NCBI GenBank assembly: GCA_951406725.2
Contig: OX597820.1
Span: 127,906,001-127,970,000 of the forward strand
Origin: Octopus vulgaris
Lineage: Eukaryota
DNA length: 64,000 nt
Reading direction: 5' to 3'
Shown: positions 39,236 to 52,504 of the stretch, one piece after another
Position numbering within the stretch: position 1 is the stretch's first letter
Layout of the letters: the number at the start of each line of letters is the position of its first letter
Notes under the pieces: generated by a model
Told to the model about the DNA's origin: nothing
Databases searched by the model: none
Seen by the model: only the letters and a program-made list of their open reading frames with translations
Position numbers and translations under genes: made by a program

Positions 39236-41870
39236 ATAAGAACATAATATGTACATTATATAATATAATTTGTATATACACACAGCTATATGCACTTAAT
39301 CTCTTACACGCACAAAAGAGGAAACATGAAGGAGAAAAAAAGAAAGAACTCGAACTTTCATAAAATAAGATTTTTAAAAAAATGCTACTCCATATAATTG
39401 CACGCAAAATTAAATATAATAGTTCTGTTGAAATGTGAATTAGATTTCTTCCTGTGAGATTTCGTAAGCGTTTGAAATTAATATCCAATGTTTTTCAACA
39501 ACTTGAAGCAAATATTTCTTTTGTTGTATCTCATTTACATTGACAATTGAACAAGTTTTATTATTACTTATTTTCCCTTTCTTTTCGTTTCTTTCATTTT
39601 TTTAATTATTGCTTTTGCACGATGAGGTCATGAACGAGTTTTGTTCGTAGAAACATTTCATTTATTTTCATATAATTATGGTATTTCACGTCGTTTCTAC
39701 TACAGTAATTTATGAGTGCTTCAGCTAAGTTTTGTAACATTAAAAGTCAATAACGATTTCCTATACTATAAAGTCAATAACTTTTGGCATATATTTTCAT
39801 CACGAATGTGGCAATTTGGCATCGTATGCATTCAAAGAATTTTAGTTTTAATTTTAGATATTTAATAATGTTTTAAATCTCGCTTTCTTTTCTAATATGA
39901 AAGTAGAAACTAGCTTGATATAAGGTACCAGAGACGAATACAAAACCTCAATAGCTTATTTGTATCAACGATTTCCTCAATTTTCTCCAATTAATTCAAC
40001 CTGTTACTCGTTGGCACCTGATTTCTACAAGTCTTGACATGTATTTGTCGGCATTTATTTCTAATGTACAGGAGTGTTTGTACAGTGGGTGGTGGTGGTG
40101 GTGGTGGGAGTTCTTGATGCTATCAATACCTAATACTTCACCGTCACAAATAGAACGTCACACCGCAAACAGCGAGGTGAACTAAGTCATCTCCTGAACG
40201 AAAGATGAGTTAATTTCATAATAATGCTGCAGCTTTCACAGATCACCTATAGTACCCTAGAGGATGAAGTGAGCAGTTAAAATCAACTGTTAAATTGCGC
40301 GCGCGCGCGTTTGTGTCTGTGTGTGAGCGTCTGTGTGTAGCAGCAGTGGACGTGTTGCAGTATTTTATTAAAATATATTGATTACTCTGCCGTGTAACAT
40401 CAGATTCTCTAACATAAGTCGAGATTTTCAACAAGCAATAATACTCAACACGTAATATATGCATGCATATATGTATATATGCATGTTTGCCTGCATGTAT
40501 GTACACACATATATGACACATAGAGATTATTCCAGTGAAATTCAATAAGCGTCTGTCGCGAACGTTCTTAGATTTTCTTCTAATTTAAACAACCTGTGAT
40601 TCATTTTGTTTACCACTGTTTATTGTTATTTTTGACATTTTACTAGTTTTATTAAATTTTCTTCAGAAAGCAATTGTGCTGTACCATCAACTATCAATAT
40701 GGGACTAGTAGAAACTTTTTTTTATTTTCGATCCCCTCAATCTATAAAAGTATGAGACTCCATATGCCAATCACATTCTTGTCGTTGTATAGTCAAGAGA
40801 TCAATGACCAAGGATTTTCAGGTTTTAATCATTTTCTCATTATCAGACATTGATTTTTGTGGCTTTAAAATACACCCCAAAATAGGAATTTTGATTTTGA
40901 GTCATTTTCATGTCAGGATAATTGATACATACACACGCACACAGCTCTCCCTTTCACAAATTGTTTAACTATCTAATATGCTGAAGAAGATCTTAAGTTC
41001 GAAACGTCAAGCAGACTTTTAACTTCCTTTCTCTATTTGAGAAAGGAATTTAAAAGTCTGCTTGACGTTTCTTATTCTATATTATTCTAGTATTTAATGT
41101 TGAACCTACACACTGATGCATACATCTGTAAGTATATATATATAATGTAAGTGGTTGGGGGTGTCTAAGTGTGTTATCTAATTTTCAAATTAAGTAGATC
41201 TCCCTACTTAAATATTTCTAATTAGAGTTTCGATGCTCACTAGATTAAATACGCTAACATTAATTTAACTATCGAAAATGATCAACTTCAATCAAGTTTC
41301 GTAATTAAATATACATATATATATGTGTGTGTTTATCTGTGTATGTATGTATTTATATATATATATTCGTAATTAAATTTATATTTACATTTATATAAAA
41401 TTATGTATTCTTTTTTTTCCTTTTTTCCTGGTTTCAGTGCGTTTGGGCGGCGTCCATGTTGATGCATCACTTTGAAGTGATACGCCAATTGGATGCCAGC
41501 TAGCTGTATGTGATTGGTCGGAGATTTGGACAGTACTCGCGTGTATGTGCGCGCGCACGCAGCTGTATATGCATGCACTAGCACTGTATATACATGCACG
41601 CAGCTGTATATACATGTACTAGCTGTATATACATGCACTAGCGTTGCCGGGTCATAGTGCTAGTAAAGTAATATAGTATTCGACACCTTCCACAGAAAGG
41701 GTATTTTGTCCTCTTTCAAATATCAATTGTAACTTAGAATGAGGATTTTCCACAATTGCTCTCCTCCATCCCTCCGCGTTTCTGTTGGTATGCCATCTTT
41801 TCCTGAGCTTTTACTTGCTTTGCCAGCTTTAAAGCATTATGTATTTCTCTGACAAGAATAGGAACTAGAC

Positions 41871-42295
41871 AAAGGCGGTGAGCTGGCAGAAACGTTAGCA
41901 CGCCGGGCGAAATGCGTAGCCGTATTTCGTCTGCCGTTACGTTCTGAGTTCAAATTCCGCCGAGGTCGACTTTGCCTTTCATCCTTTCGGAGTCGATTAA
42001 ATAAGTACCAGTTACGCACTGGGGTCGATATAACCGACTTAATCCGTTTGTCTGTCCTTGTTTGTCCTCTCTGTGTTTAACCCTTGTGGGTAGTAAAGAA
42101 AGGTATTTTGTCTGCTGTTACGTTCTGAGTTCAAATTCCGCCGAGGTCGACTTTGCCTTTCATCCTTTCGGGGTTGATAAAATTAAGTACCAGTTCCGCA
42201 CTGAGGTCGATGTAATCGACTTAATCCGTTTGTCTGTCCTTGTTTTTCCCTTCTATGTTTAGCCCCTTGTGGGAAATAAAGAAATAAGAATAGGA
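41871..42295 (+). mobile_element. Family-B SINE with an internal tandem duplication of its 3' ~180 bp
   Basis: AAAGGCGGTGAGCTGGCAGAA head and GAGTTCAAATTCC B-box; about 41928-42100 is repeated at about 42110-42290. Other copies near 2490, 14460, 31580 and 36250. Confidence 0.85.
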
Positions 42296-42423
42296 GGTAG
42301 ATGGGTGTGCGATCATACATGACTATGTGCGTGTGTGTGCATGCGTGTATATATATATGTGTGTGTACATGTATGTATATATATGCATATCGCTTCTCGG
42401 CATTTTGGGTAAGATCAAAGTGT

Positions 42424-42478
<55 letters not shown>

Positions 42479-42629
42479 TATATATAGGTTCAGTAAAATT
42501 TAGATTCAGTTGAATATGGTACTTAAGTTAAAGGCACCAGAATTTAGTATGGTATTATCCATATAATTCAAAATGGGGTGATTATAATCAAAATAAGCAA
42601 CAAATAAATAACAAAATTATCCAGAGGTA

Positions 42630-42719
42630 ATGCAGTACGATGGTTTCATGCGACTCCATTTAATTGAACAATGCAAATATTACATCAATTTTTAAATGTA
42701 GAGCAATCACCAGGTGCAT
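42630..42719 (-). ncRNA. Degenerate type I hammerhead motif
   Basis: AUGCAC-CUGGUGA-U-UGC..long AU-rich stem..GCA-U-GAAA-CCAUCG-UA/CUGCAU; three single changes from an ideal fold. Confidence 0.6.
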
Positions 42720-42752
42720 ATATATATATATATATTTTATTATATAGAAGGA

Positions 42753-42801
42753 GCTTCTACAGGACTAGAACTGTTTCATTCAAGAGAAATCTTCAGGAAG
42801 C
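42753..42801 (-). ncRNA. Type I hammerhead ribozyme, inverted twin
   Basis: Exact reverse complement of 42805-42853. Confidence 0.8.
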
Positions 42802-42804
42802 AGC

Positions 42805-42853
42805 GCTTCCTGAAGATTTCTCTTGAATGAAACAGTTCTAGTCCTGTAGAAGC
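42805..42853 (+). ncRNA. Type I hammerhead ribozyme, canonical core
   Basis: GCUUC-CUGAAGA-U-UUC-UCUU-GAA-U-GAAA-CAG-UUCUAGUC-CUG-UA/GAAGC: 5-bp stem I, 3-bp stem II, 4-bp stem III, GUA triplet, predicted cleavage after 42848. Confidence 0.8.
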
Positions 42854-42937
42854 TCCTTCTATATAATAAATTATTTTTACTCTGCTATGTATTGAGTACC
42901 TTATTTACTGTGGTTAACCCCGAATCAACCCGGGACC

Positions 42938-42994
<57 letters not shown>

Positions 42995-42997
<3 letters not shown>

Positions 42998-44076
42998 GCT
43001 AGGTTTCAGAGATATAAACAAACCAACACCGGTGTCCAGCGCTGGTGGTGGACAAACTCAAACATAAATACACACACACACACACACTTATATATATATA
43101 CCCATGCATACATGCACACACACATACGACATGATCCTCTAACTTTCCGTCTACCAAATCCACTCTCAATGCTTTAGTTGGCTCGGATCTATAATAGAGG
43201 CATTCATCGAAGTTGCTACGCAGTGATACTGAAACGGGATCCATGGAGTTGTGAAACAAACTACTTACCACACAGCCACGCCTGCACCTATTCTTTATAA
43301 ATTCTACAAAAGTGTATAAAATATATTAGAAACCAAGTGGTTTTCGCAAAATAACTATAGAGTGTAAATGTATTCTGGATTTAACTTCACTTACTTATAA
43401 CTAATTATTTACGAGGGAAATAGAACACACATTCACATTCATTTATATTGGAAACTACAATCAGAAGTCTGCTTCTGAAAGCAAGTTCATTTGTGATTTT
43501 TAAAATCATCTTTGAAAGTCTTTCAGGGGATAGGGAAGAAAACACTGAGAATTCATTTACTAAAGTGTTACTACAATAAGCTGCAAAAAGCTCCCGACTT
43601 CTTTTTCTTGAGTGTCTAACTGTAAACAAAACTATAAAAAGAAAACCGAAAGCAAACTGAATATCACTGAACATGAAATTGAAATTTTAACTTAGAGTTG
43701 TGATTCATAAACTGAAATGTTATGAACAGAATTTACAAAAAGATTTGAAAATATGTTAAAATAATCACTGGCATACCAAAGATTTCAGTTAAAACGTAGC
43801 TACGAAATTTTTATGCCGAATGTTGGTACTTTACATTGATTAAAAATTCGAAAATCTTCGTCTCACATGATAGAGAGTGTTCTCACATATTTACCTTCAT
43901 ATCGCCACCCAAAATATCCATTTCTTCAAGCAAACCCATATTTGGAATTTGGTAAAATTGGATAGGTTTTGAATAAAATCTGATTTCAAGCTTTTTCATG
44001 GGATTTTGCTGTATATAGATTTTTCCTAAATCAATTATTCCTGGAATATGTTATCAATTCGATTTCAATTTTACAT

Positions 44077-44117
<41 letters not shown>

Positions 44118-44349
44118 GTGTGGCGGCTATGTGTGCGTATGTATGTATGTGCGTTTATAAGTATGCATGTGTATACATCTATGTGTGTGTGTGTTAGTGT
44201 TTGTGAGTGTGATTGGAATTCGAAATAAGCAAGCTGCATTATTTTTTGTTTTATTTCATTTTTTATGGCTTCTTTCTATTTCAAAGATTAAAGTTCCTTT
44301 AAAAGAAAGTTTATAAATCTGTTTTTCTTAATTTCTTCTTCTGTTTTTG

Positions 44350-44418
<69 letters not shown>

Positions 44419-44900
44419 ATTCCTATGTCCTCCGTTTTTATAGATGATTTATATCGAAATTTCTTTTCTGAATTATATGCTTGAAACGTTGGAGATTACA
44501 ATTTCTGCATTGTGTTTTACATATGTGTATGTGCGTGTGTATATGTGTGTCTGTCTGTGTGTATGTATGCATGTATTTATTAGCGTGCGTGGCCGAATGC
44601 TAAGAGCATTGTACTCACGATCATGCCATCGTGGTTTCAGTTCCTGGACTGGGTTTAGCGTTGTGTTCTTTAGCAAGGAACTTCATCTCACGTTCCTCTG
44701 TCATCCGTACAACATCAGGTATGTGATACACTGTGAACTTGTTCAGCCGACGTCGATTTTGAGTAGGGAATGCGCTACTGTACAGCACATACATTTGATT
44801 GCTATACACAAACCACTTGTACAGCTTGTTTAGCAAGAAATTGTAGAAACGCCTTTCTTGGACTACAAGAGGCTACCATCATCATATATCATATCATATC

Positions 44901-44963
<63 letters not shown>

Positions 44964-45445
44964 CATATGATATGATATGATATATGATGATGGTAGCCTC
45001 TTGTAGTCCAAGAAAGGCGTTTCTACAATTTCTTGCTAAACAAGCTGTACAAGTGGTTTGTGTATAGCAATCAAATGTATGTGCTGTACAGTAGCGCATT
45101 CCCTACTCAAAATCGACGTCGGCTGAACAAGTTCACAGTGTATCACATACCTGATGTTGTACGGATGACAGAGGAACGTGAGATGAAGTTCCTTGCTAAA
45201 GAACACAACGCTAAACCCAGTCCAGGAACTGAAACCACGATGGCATGATCGTGAGTACAATGCTCTTAGCATTCGGCCACGCACGCTAATAAATACATGC
45301 ATACATACACACAGACAGACACACATATACACACGCACATACACATATGTAAAACACAATGCAGAAATTGTAATCTCCAACGTTTCAAGCATATAATTCA
45401 GAAAAGAAATTTCGATATAAATCATCTATAAAAACGGAGGACATA

Positions 45446-45511
<66 letters not shown>

Positions 45512-45739
45512 CAAAAACAGAAGAAATTAAGAAAAACAGATTTATAAACTTTCTTTTTAAAGGAACTTTAATCTTTGAAATAGAAAGAAGCCATAAAAAA
45601 TGAAATAAAACAAAAAATAATGCAGCTTGCTTATTTCGAATTCCAATCACACTCACAAACACTAACACACACACACATAGATGTATACACATGCATACTT
45701 ATAAACGCACATACATACATACGCACACATACGCCCTCG

Positions 45740-45788
<49 letters not shown>

Positions 45789-46870
45789 ATGTAAAATTGA
45801 AATCGAATTGATAACATATTCCAGGAATAATTGATTTAGGAAAAATCTATATACAGCAAAATCCCATGAAAAAGCTTGAAATCGGATTTTATTCAAAACC
45901 TATCCAATTTTACCAAATTCCAAATATGGGTTTGCTTGAAGAAATGGATATTTTGGGTGGCGATATGAAGGTAAATATGTGAGAACACTCTCTATCATGT
46001 GAGACGAAGATTTTCGAATTTTTAATCAATGTAAAGTACCAACATTCGGCATAAAAATTTCGTAGCTACGTTTTAACTGAAATCTTTGGTATGCCAGTGA
46101 TTATTTTAACATATTTTCAAATCTTTTTGTAAATTCTGTTCATAACATTTCAGTTTATGAATCACAACTCTAAGTTAAAATTTCAATTTCATGTTCAGTG
46201 ATATTCAGTTTGCTTTCGGTTTTCTTTTTATAGTTTTGTTTACAGTTAGACACTCAAGAAAAAGAAGTCGGGAGCTTTTTGCAGCTTATTGTAGTAACAC
46301 TTTAGTAAATGAATTCTCAGTGTTTTCTTCCCTATCCCCTGAAAGACTTTCAAAGATGATTTTAAAAATCACAAATGAACTTGCTTTCAGAAGCAGACTT
46401 CTGATTGTAGTTTCCAATATAAATGAATGTGAATGTGTGTTCTATTTCCCTCGTAAATAATTAGTTATAAGTAAGTGAAGTTAAATCCAGAATACATTTA
46501 CACTCTATAGTTATTTTGCGAAAACCACTTGGTTTCTAATATATTTTATACACTTTTGTAGAATTTATAAAGAATAGGTGCAGGCGTGGCTGTGTGGTAA
46601 GTAGTTTGTTTCACAACTCCATGGATCCCGTTTCAGTATCACTGCGTAGCAACTTCGATGAATGCCTCTATTATAGATCCGAGCCAACTAAAGCATTGAG
46701 AGTGGATTTGGTAGACGGAAACTTAGAGGATCATGTCGTATGTGTGTGTGCATGTATGCATGGGTATATATATATAAGTGTGTGTGTGTGTGTGTATTTA
46801 TGTTTGAGTTTGTCCACCACCAGCGCTGGACACCGGTGTTGGTTTGTTTATATCTCTGAAACCTAGCGGT
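42995..46870. repeat. Giant near-perfect palindrome with about 1.9-kb arms (42995-44905 / 44964-46870) and a (TA)n centre
   Basis: Direct reverse complementarity; mirrored ORF-track entries such as 44444..44833+ / 45036..45425- and 43405..43674- / 46191..46460+. Confidence 0.97.
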
Positions 46871-48162
46871 TCGACAATAAGTACCGGGTTTAAAAAGAAT
46901 AAATTGCGAGATCGGTTTGTTCGACTAAACACTTCAAGGCAGTGCTGCAGCATGACCAAAACATGTAAAAGAAAAAAATTTAAGTTATTTTACGAAAATC
47001 ATTTTTCAAAATATATTTTTAATGCTTTTGTAAATTTTATTGACAATTTTATAGTTAAATAATTACAATTGCAAGTGCGAATTTTAATTTGATTTACACC
47101 TAGACTGACTTGCGACTTTCAGTTGTATATCATAGATCGCCAAGGGACACAGCCGATACTCGTTAAATACAGCAGCAAATTAGTTTTTAGTTCTTTTTCA
47201 CTACCGCTGAAAATGTTTCGAATCCGATTTAAACCATGAATAATGGATTTACGTGAAGAAATCGATATTTACGAAAGTATAAAATACTGCATAAGTTTGT
47301 TTATCAGATAAGAAAACGGACTAGTTTTTAGCGCTGAAATTCGGGATATAAATTCTCTAAAGACACATAAGACAAGTGATATATGTGTGTATGATGTGTG
47401 CGTGTGATTGTGCTTGTGTACGTGTGTGCAGAAGGGATACACAAGGACAAGCACCAAGATAATCAAGATATACAAATATGCAAAGCTCAACGGGACAGCC
47501 TCATACGCGATCTTTAAGATAAGGCATTTGCACATGTACACAAGCGCCTGCACACACACACACACACACACACACATACTATTTTCCTCTCGTTCACGGT
47601 CTAACGACCATTCATGTTTGTTTTCGTTCGGTTTCCTTAGGTGTCTGCGCTGTCATGTTTTTGTTCCCAACTTCGACCTTCCATAAATGCCAAATTGTAT
47701 TTTAGAATTTATGGGAGCAGCTGTCTTTGAAGACTCATATTGTCGTTGTATGCTCGAAATGAGGAGTAGATAGACAACCGACAACTGATGAAGGGTGCTC
47801 TCGCTGCGTTTGCTTGTCCTGTTTTCCATTGCAATTCTCGTTCTTTGTCTCGTTGTTTACGTATTTCCTGCTTTCTGCACCGTTGGTGGCGTCCTGTGCC
47901 CATATATGGATATATGTGTATGTGTGTGTGTGTGTGTGTACGTGCGTGTATTATATATCATTTATTATATATATATATATATATTATTTATTATATATAT
48001 ATATATATATATATATTATTTATTATATATATATATATAGACATATATATATATACACACACACTCACACACATACATTTATATATTTATATATATATAT
48101 TACATATATGTATATGTATATACATATTTATACATATACATATATACACAAATGCACGCACG

Positions 48163-48209
<47 letters not shown>

Positions 48210-48420
48210 ACGTACGTATATGCGTGTAACAGAAGGAAAGAATAAGAGAGTGTGCGTATAAATAAATAAATAATTGTTGCGTAGCTACGTATGTGTGTAT
48301 GTATGAATGGATTTGAATGCAAAACGGCACGATTTATGGAGATAGATTTATTGCATTTCCCTGATGTTTCGAACTAAAATATTGCATCAAAATTAGCAGT
48401 AAATAAAGAGAGAAATAGAA

Positions 48421-48486
<66 letters not shown>

Positions 48487-48874
48487 TTGAGTGAAAGAAG
48501 GACAAAAAATATATTGACTACAATATGTCGATGTGTATATGTGGAGGGGTGTATCTTATGGGAATGAGAAACACTCTGTGAGAATGTCAGTGGAAGAGAA
48601 GTTTTAGCATTCAGTGAAAGAATCAGTTCTATATCTAATGAACAGTCTCTTAGTCCTTCGTTTCCATATTCCAACAAACATACGTACATTCATACAAGTA
48701 TATACATAGTACATGCGTACATTCGCTACGTACATGCATGTAAATATACATACAAGCACGCATGCGTACATACATACATACATACATACATACATACATA
48801 CATACATACATACAAACATACAAACATACATGCAAGCATATTGTTTAGAGTAATCATGCACGATTCCTTGAGCA

Positions 48875-49200
48875 ATGGCTCAGTGGTTAGAGCGTCGAGC
48901 TTACGATCGTGAGGTTGTCAACTCGAATCCCGGACCGGGCTGCGTGTTGTGTTCTTGAGCAAGACCCTTTATTTCACGTTGCTCCAGTTCACTCAGCTGT
49001 AGAAATGAGTTGCGACATCACAGGTGCCAAGCTGTATCAGCCTTTGCCTTTCCCTTGAATAACACTGGGGGCGCAGAGAGGGGAGGCCGGTATGCATGGG
49101 CGACTGCTGGTCTTCCATAAACAACTTTGGCCGGACTTGTGCCTCGGAGGATAACTTTCTAGGTGCAATCCCTTGGTCAATGTCGTGACCGAAGTGGGGC
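48875..49200 (+). mobile_element. Family-D tRNA-SINE
   Basis: High similarity to 25541-25870. Confidence 0.9.
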
Positions 49201-49538
49201 TCAGACTCAGGTCATCCAAAATATAACGTGCCAATCATTACCTATACGACTGGACTTCACAGACAAAGAGTCCGCGGGGAGCCACCGTATATATATGGGG
49301 GGGGGCGTGTGAGTGCGTGTGTGTGTGTATGTATATATGTATGTATATGTTTACATTTATGTTTAGTTATAATAAAACCAATTTTATAATTATGTAAGCG
49401 ATTACTCTATAATATTGCAGAGTACAAGTTATATATATAGATATATAGATACAGCGTGTGTATATTATTTTTTTTTTCCGTAATGAGATAAAAAACCAAG
49501 GGGGTGTAGATTTTAGAACATTTATAAATGGAAGGTTT

Positions 49539-49616
49539 AAAAATATGGAAGGCTTCACGTATTTGCGCATCATCCTTGCGCAGGGCCCATGCTAATCTTC
49601 TCTGTATCGTTCCAAT
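49539..49616 (-). pseudogene. U6: U6 snRNA pseudogene lacking the 5' stem-loop (about nt 30 to the 3' end)
   Basis: ATTGGAACGATACAGAGAAGATTAGCATGGGCCCTGCGCAAGGATGATGCGCAAATACGTGAAGCCTTCCATATTTTT; ACAGAGA box present; about 5 differences in 78 nt from the vertebrate U6 as I recall it. Confidence 0.93.
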
Positions 49617-49671
49617 GTATTGCGGATACACACACACACACACACACACATATACATGCATACATACATAC

Positions 49672-50222
49672 ATGGTGGCTGCCCCCTCGTTATCGAGTAT
49701 GGCCATTGCACGAAGCTTAATCAATGTTGTTATCGCGCAATGCCTGTGCAAGAATATTTTTTTTAAAGTGAGGAAAGGCTGTGCACTGAGTCAATCCCAC
49801 TCACTAAGCAACAGCTGCCATAATCCGGAAAGAACAACAAGTCAACATCATCGGTAACCACTGAGCCGCAGGTTTTATGTCGGAGTTATCCCAGTTATCT
49901 GAGTTCCCTTCTCCTAAAAGGATGCCCTGACAAAGGCTAGGAGTCCTTCACTCCCAATGGTTTAACCGCGCGATCGGGTATTCAGTCCGATTATTTCTAT
50001 GTCCCCGCGCATGATACAGCCTTAAGACATTTATTGGATGGCCGTTGACTCTCAAGAGTTCCTCCGCCCTTTGACGGGTTTTGTTTTTCATCCCGCAGGG
50101 TGACCAATAAACACCCTCCTCACCAAGGTGGTGGGGTTGCCGGTTTAGACGCCGACGGTACGACCATGCAACAGGTTGTACTGGGTTACATGTTACCAGT
50201 AGCACTCGAAAGTGACCTGACA
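49672..50222 (-). mobile_element. Non-autonomous bipartite RTE-type element (5'UTR-like body plus LINE 3' tail), about 550 bp
   Basis: No tRNA head and no real ORF; the last ~42 nt are identical to the LINE tail at 4080-4121; (ATGT)n on both sides. Confidence 0.7.
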
Positions 50223-50285
50223 TAACATACATACATACATACATATATATATACATATACATATATGTGCATATATTCATACACA

Positions 50286-50316
<31 letters not shown>

Positions 50317-50337
50317 ATATATACACACAAGTGCGTG

Positions 50338-50411
<74 letters not shown>

Positions 50412-51155
50412 TGTGTGTATTATAGATGTAATATGAATGTGAATTTTTGTCTTCCTGCACTCGTTGGCAACCGCTGTTGCTTTGTGTACGTCCCCGTAAT
50501 ATCATACAGCGCTCCAACAAAAACACATTGATGGAATAAGTACAAGACTTAGAATAAGTACTGGCGTTGATCTGATTCAATTAAATCCTTCAAGACTTTA
50601 CTCCAGTATGGTCACGATTCTTTGACAGAAAGAAATAATAGAAGGCTGATGAAGAAGGAAGATATATAAACATATACAGATGTATGTATGCACGTGTGTA
50701 TGTTTCCATGTATAAGCGTATATACATACATACATACATACATACATACATACATACATACATACATACATACATACATGCATACATACATACATACATA
50801 CATACATTCAAACATACTTAGGAACATACACAAACAGGCAGGCGGGCATATACACTCATGGCGCTAGGTATTTATGTTGCTTTTCATTTTACTTTTCAAA
50901 CGTAAGCTAGAATCTATATCCGCAACGGTTTTGGTAGAAATACGATTGAAATACAGACAGCTGAATTGATTTTATCGGCAAAATAGATACCCTTCGATTA
51001 TCTTCCGATAACGGATCAACTTTTATCCATCCAACCGAATTGTTGAAGGTATTTGTTTATATTACTTCCTCTTCCCACTAATGTTCATCGATTTATACAA
51101 AACGCTGGCTAGAATTTACGTCTTACATTATAGCATCCGTTCCACCCATCCATCC

Positions 51156-51215
<60 letters not shown>

Positions 51216-51280
51216 CTCTATCTGTCTGTCTGTCTGTCTCTCTATCATTCTGTCTGTCTATCTATCAATCTCTCTATCTA

Positions 51281-51341
<61 letters not shown>

Positions 51342-51436
51342 GTCTATCTATCTATCTATCTATCTGTCTGTCTGTGTGTCTGTCTGTCTCTCTGTCTATC
51401 TATCTATCATTCTATCTGTATGAACGTATGTCTTTC

Positions 51437-51474
<38 letters not shown>

Positions 51475-51556
51475 GAGACAGACAGACATAATCCAGATGG
51501 ATAGATAGAAAGAGAGAGAGAGAGAGGGAGAGAGAGAAGCAGGCACAGACAGACAA

Positions 51557-51616
<60 letters not shown>

Positions 51617-52326
51617 GTATGTGTGTATGTATTTAAGTATGTATGTATTAGTAATAGAAGTTTCACAAGTGAGAAATTTTTCTCATCTTAATTTCATTTT
51701 AAGGTAATATTTTTCCTTTGAACTCAAGTATTCATTGCATTATTGTGTATAAGCACCAAAAAGTTTGATAGAAGATAGACTGTAATTATTGTATTTATAC
51801 CTTATTTCTCGAAACTGTTATGATGGCAAAAGTACACTTCCTAAGTTAGCAGTCATATGACGGGTAATACCTTAGCCATTTTTATTTCCCCCAAACAATT
51901 GTTTATTTTGTCACGTGTTCTGCTGTTAACAAATACGAAAGCGCAGTAAACAATCGGCGTGGACATATGCTGGCTGTTTAAACGTACAAAACAGCTTGCC
52001 TAAAGCAGTCGGATGACGTTGGCGAACTACGATGCAAATTTATCATAAACATCTGGTTCTGGATATTGTATTAGCTTACTCTGTTCTCAGTTTGTTTGCT
52101 GAATAAATTTCCGTTGTGAACTTATTTAATTTTAAAACACACTGGTAGTGACAAATATTTGCTACAAAAACAATTAGCTAACAACACTAAGATTGCCTCA
52201 AATAAATTCTTAAAGCCCGAAAAAGCAAGGATATGGCTAATATCAAAGCTGCTTATTGATGACACTTAAATCTAAGTTGGTTAAGTTAAAATGTCTTACA
52301 TTATGTGACATCAAAGCAACATTAAA

Positions 52327-52504
<178 letters not shown>

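Noticed and set aside
41640-41665. Helitron 3' end (GTTGCCGGGTCATAGTGCTAGT)
   Set aside because: Only half of the hairpin is present and no 5' end is identifiable; too short to call
50040-50222. Possible HDV-like ribozyme at the 5' end of the RTE-type element (CAC-CACCUUG-GUG resembles P3/L3)
   Set aside because: I could not find matching P1 and P2 helices by eye
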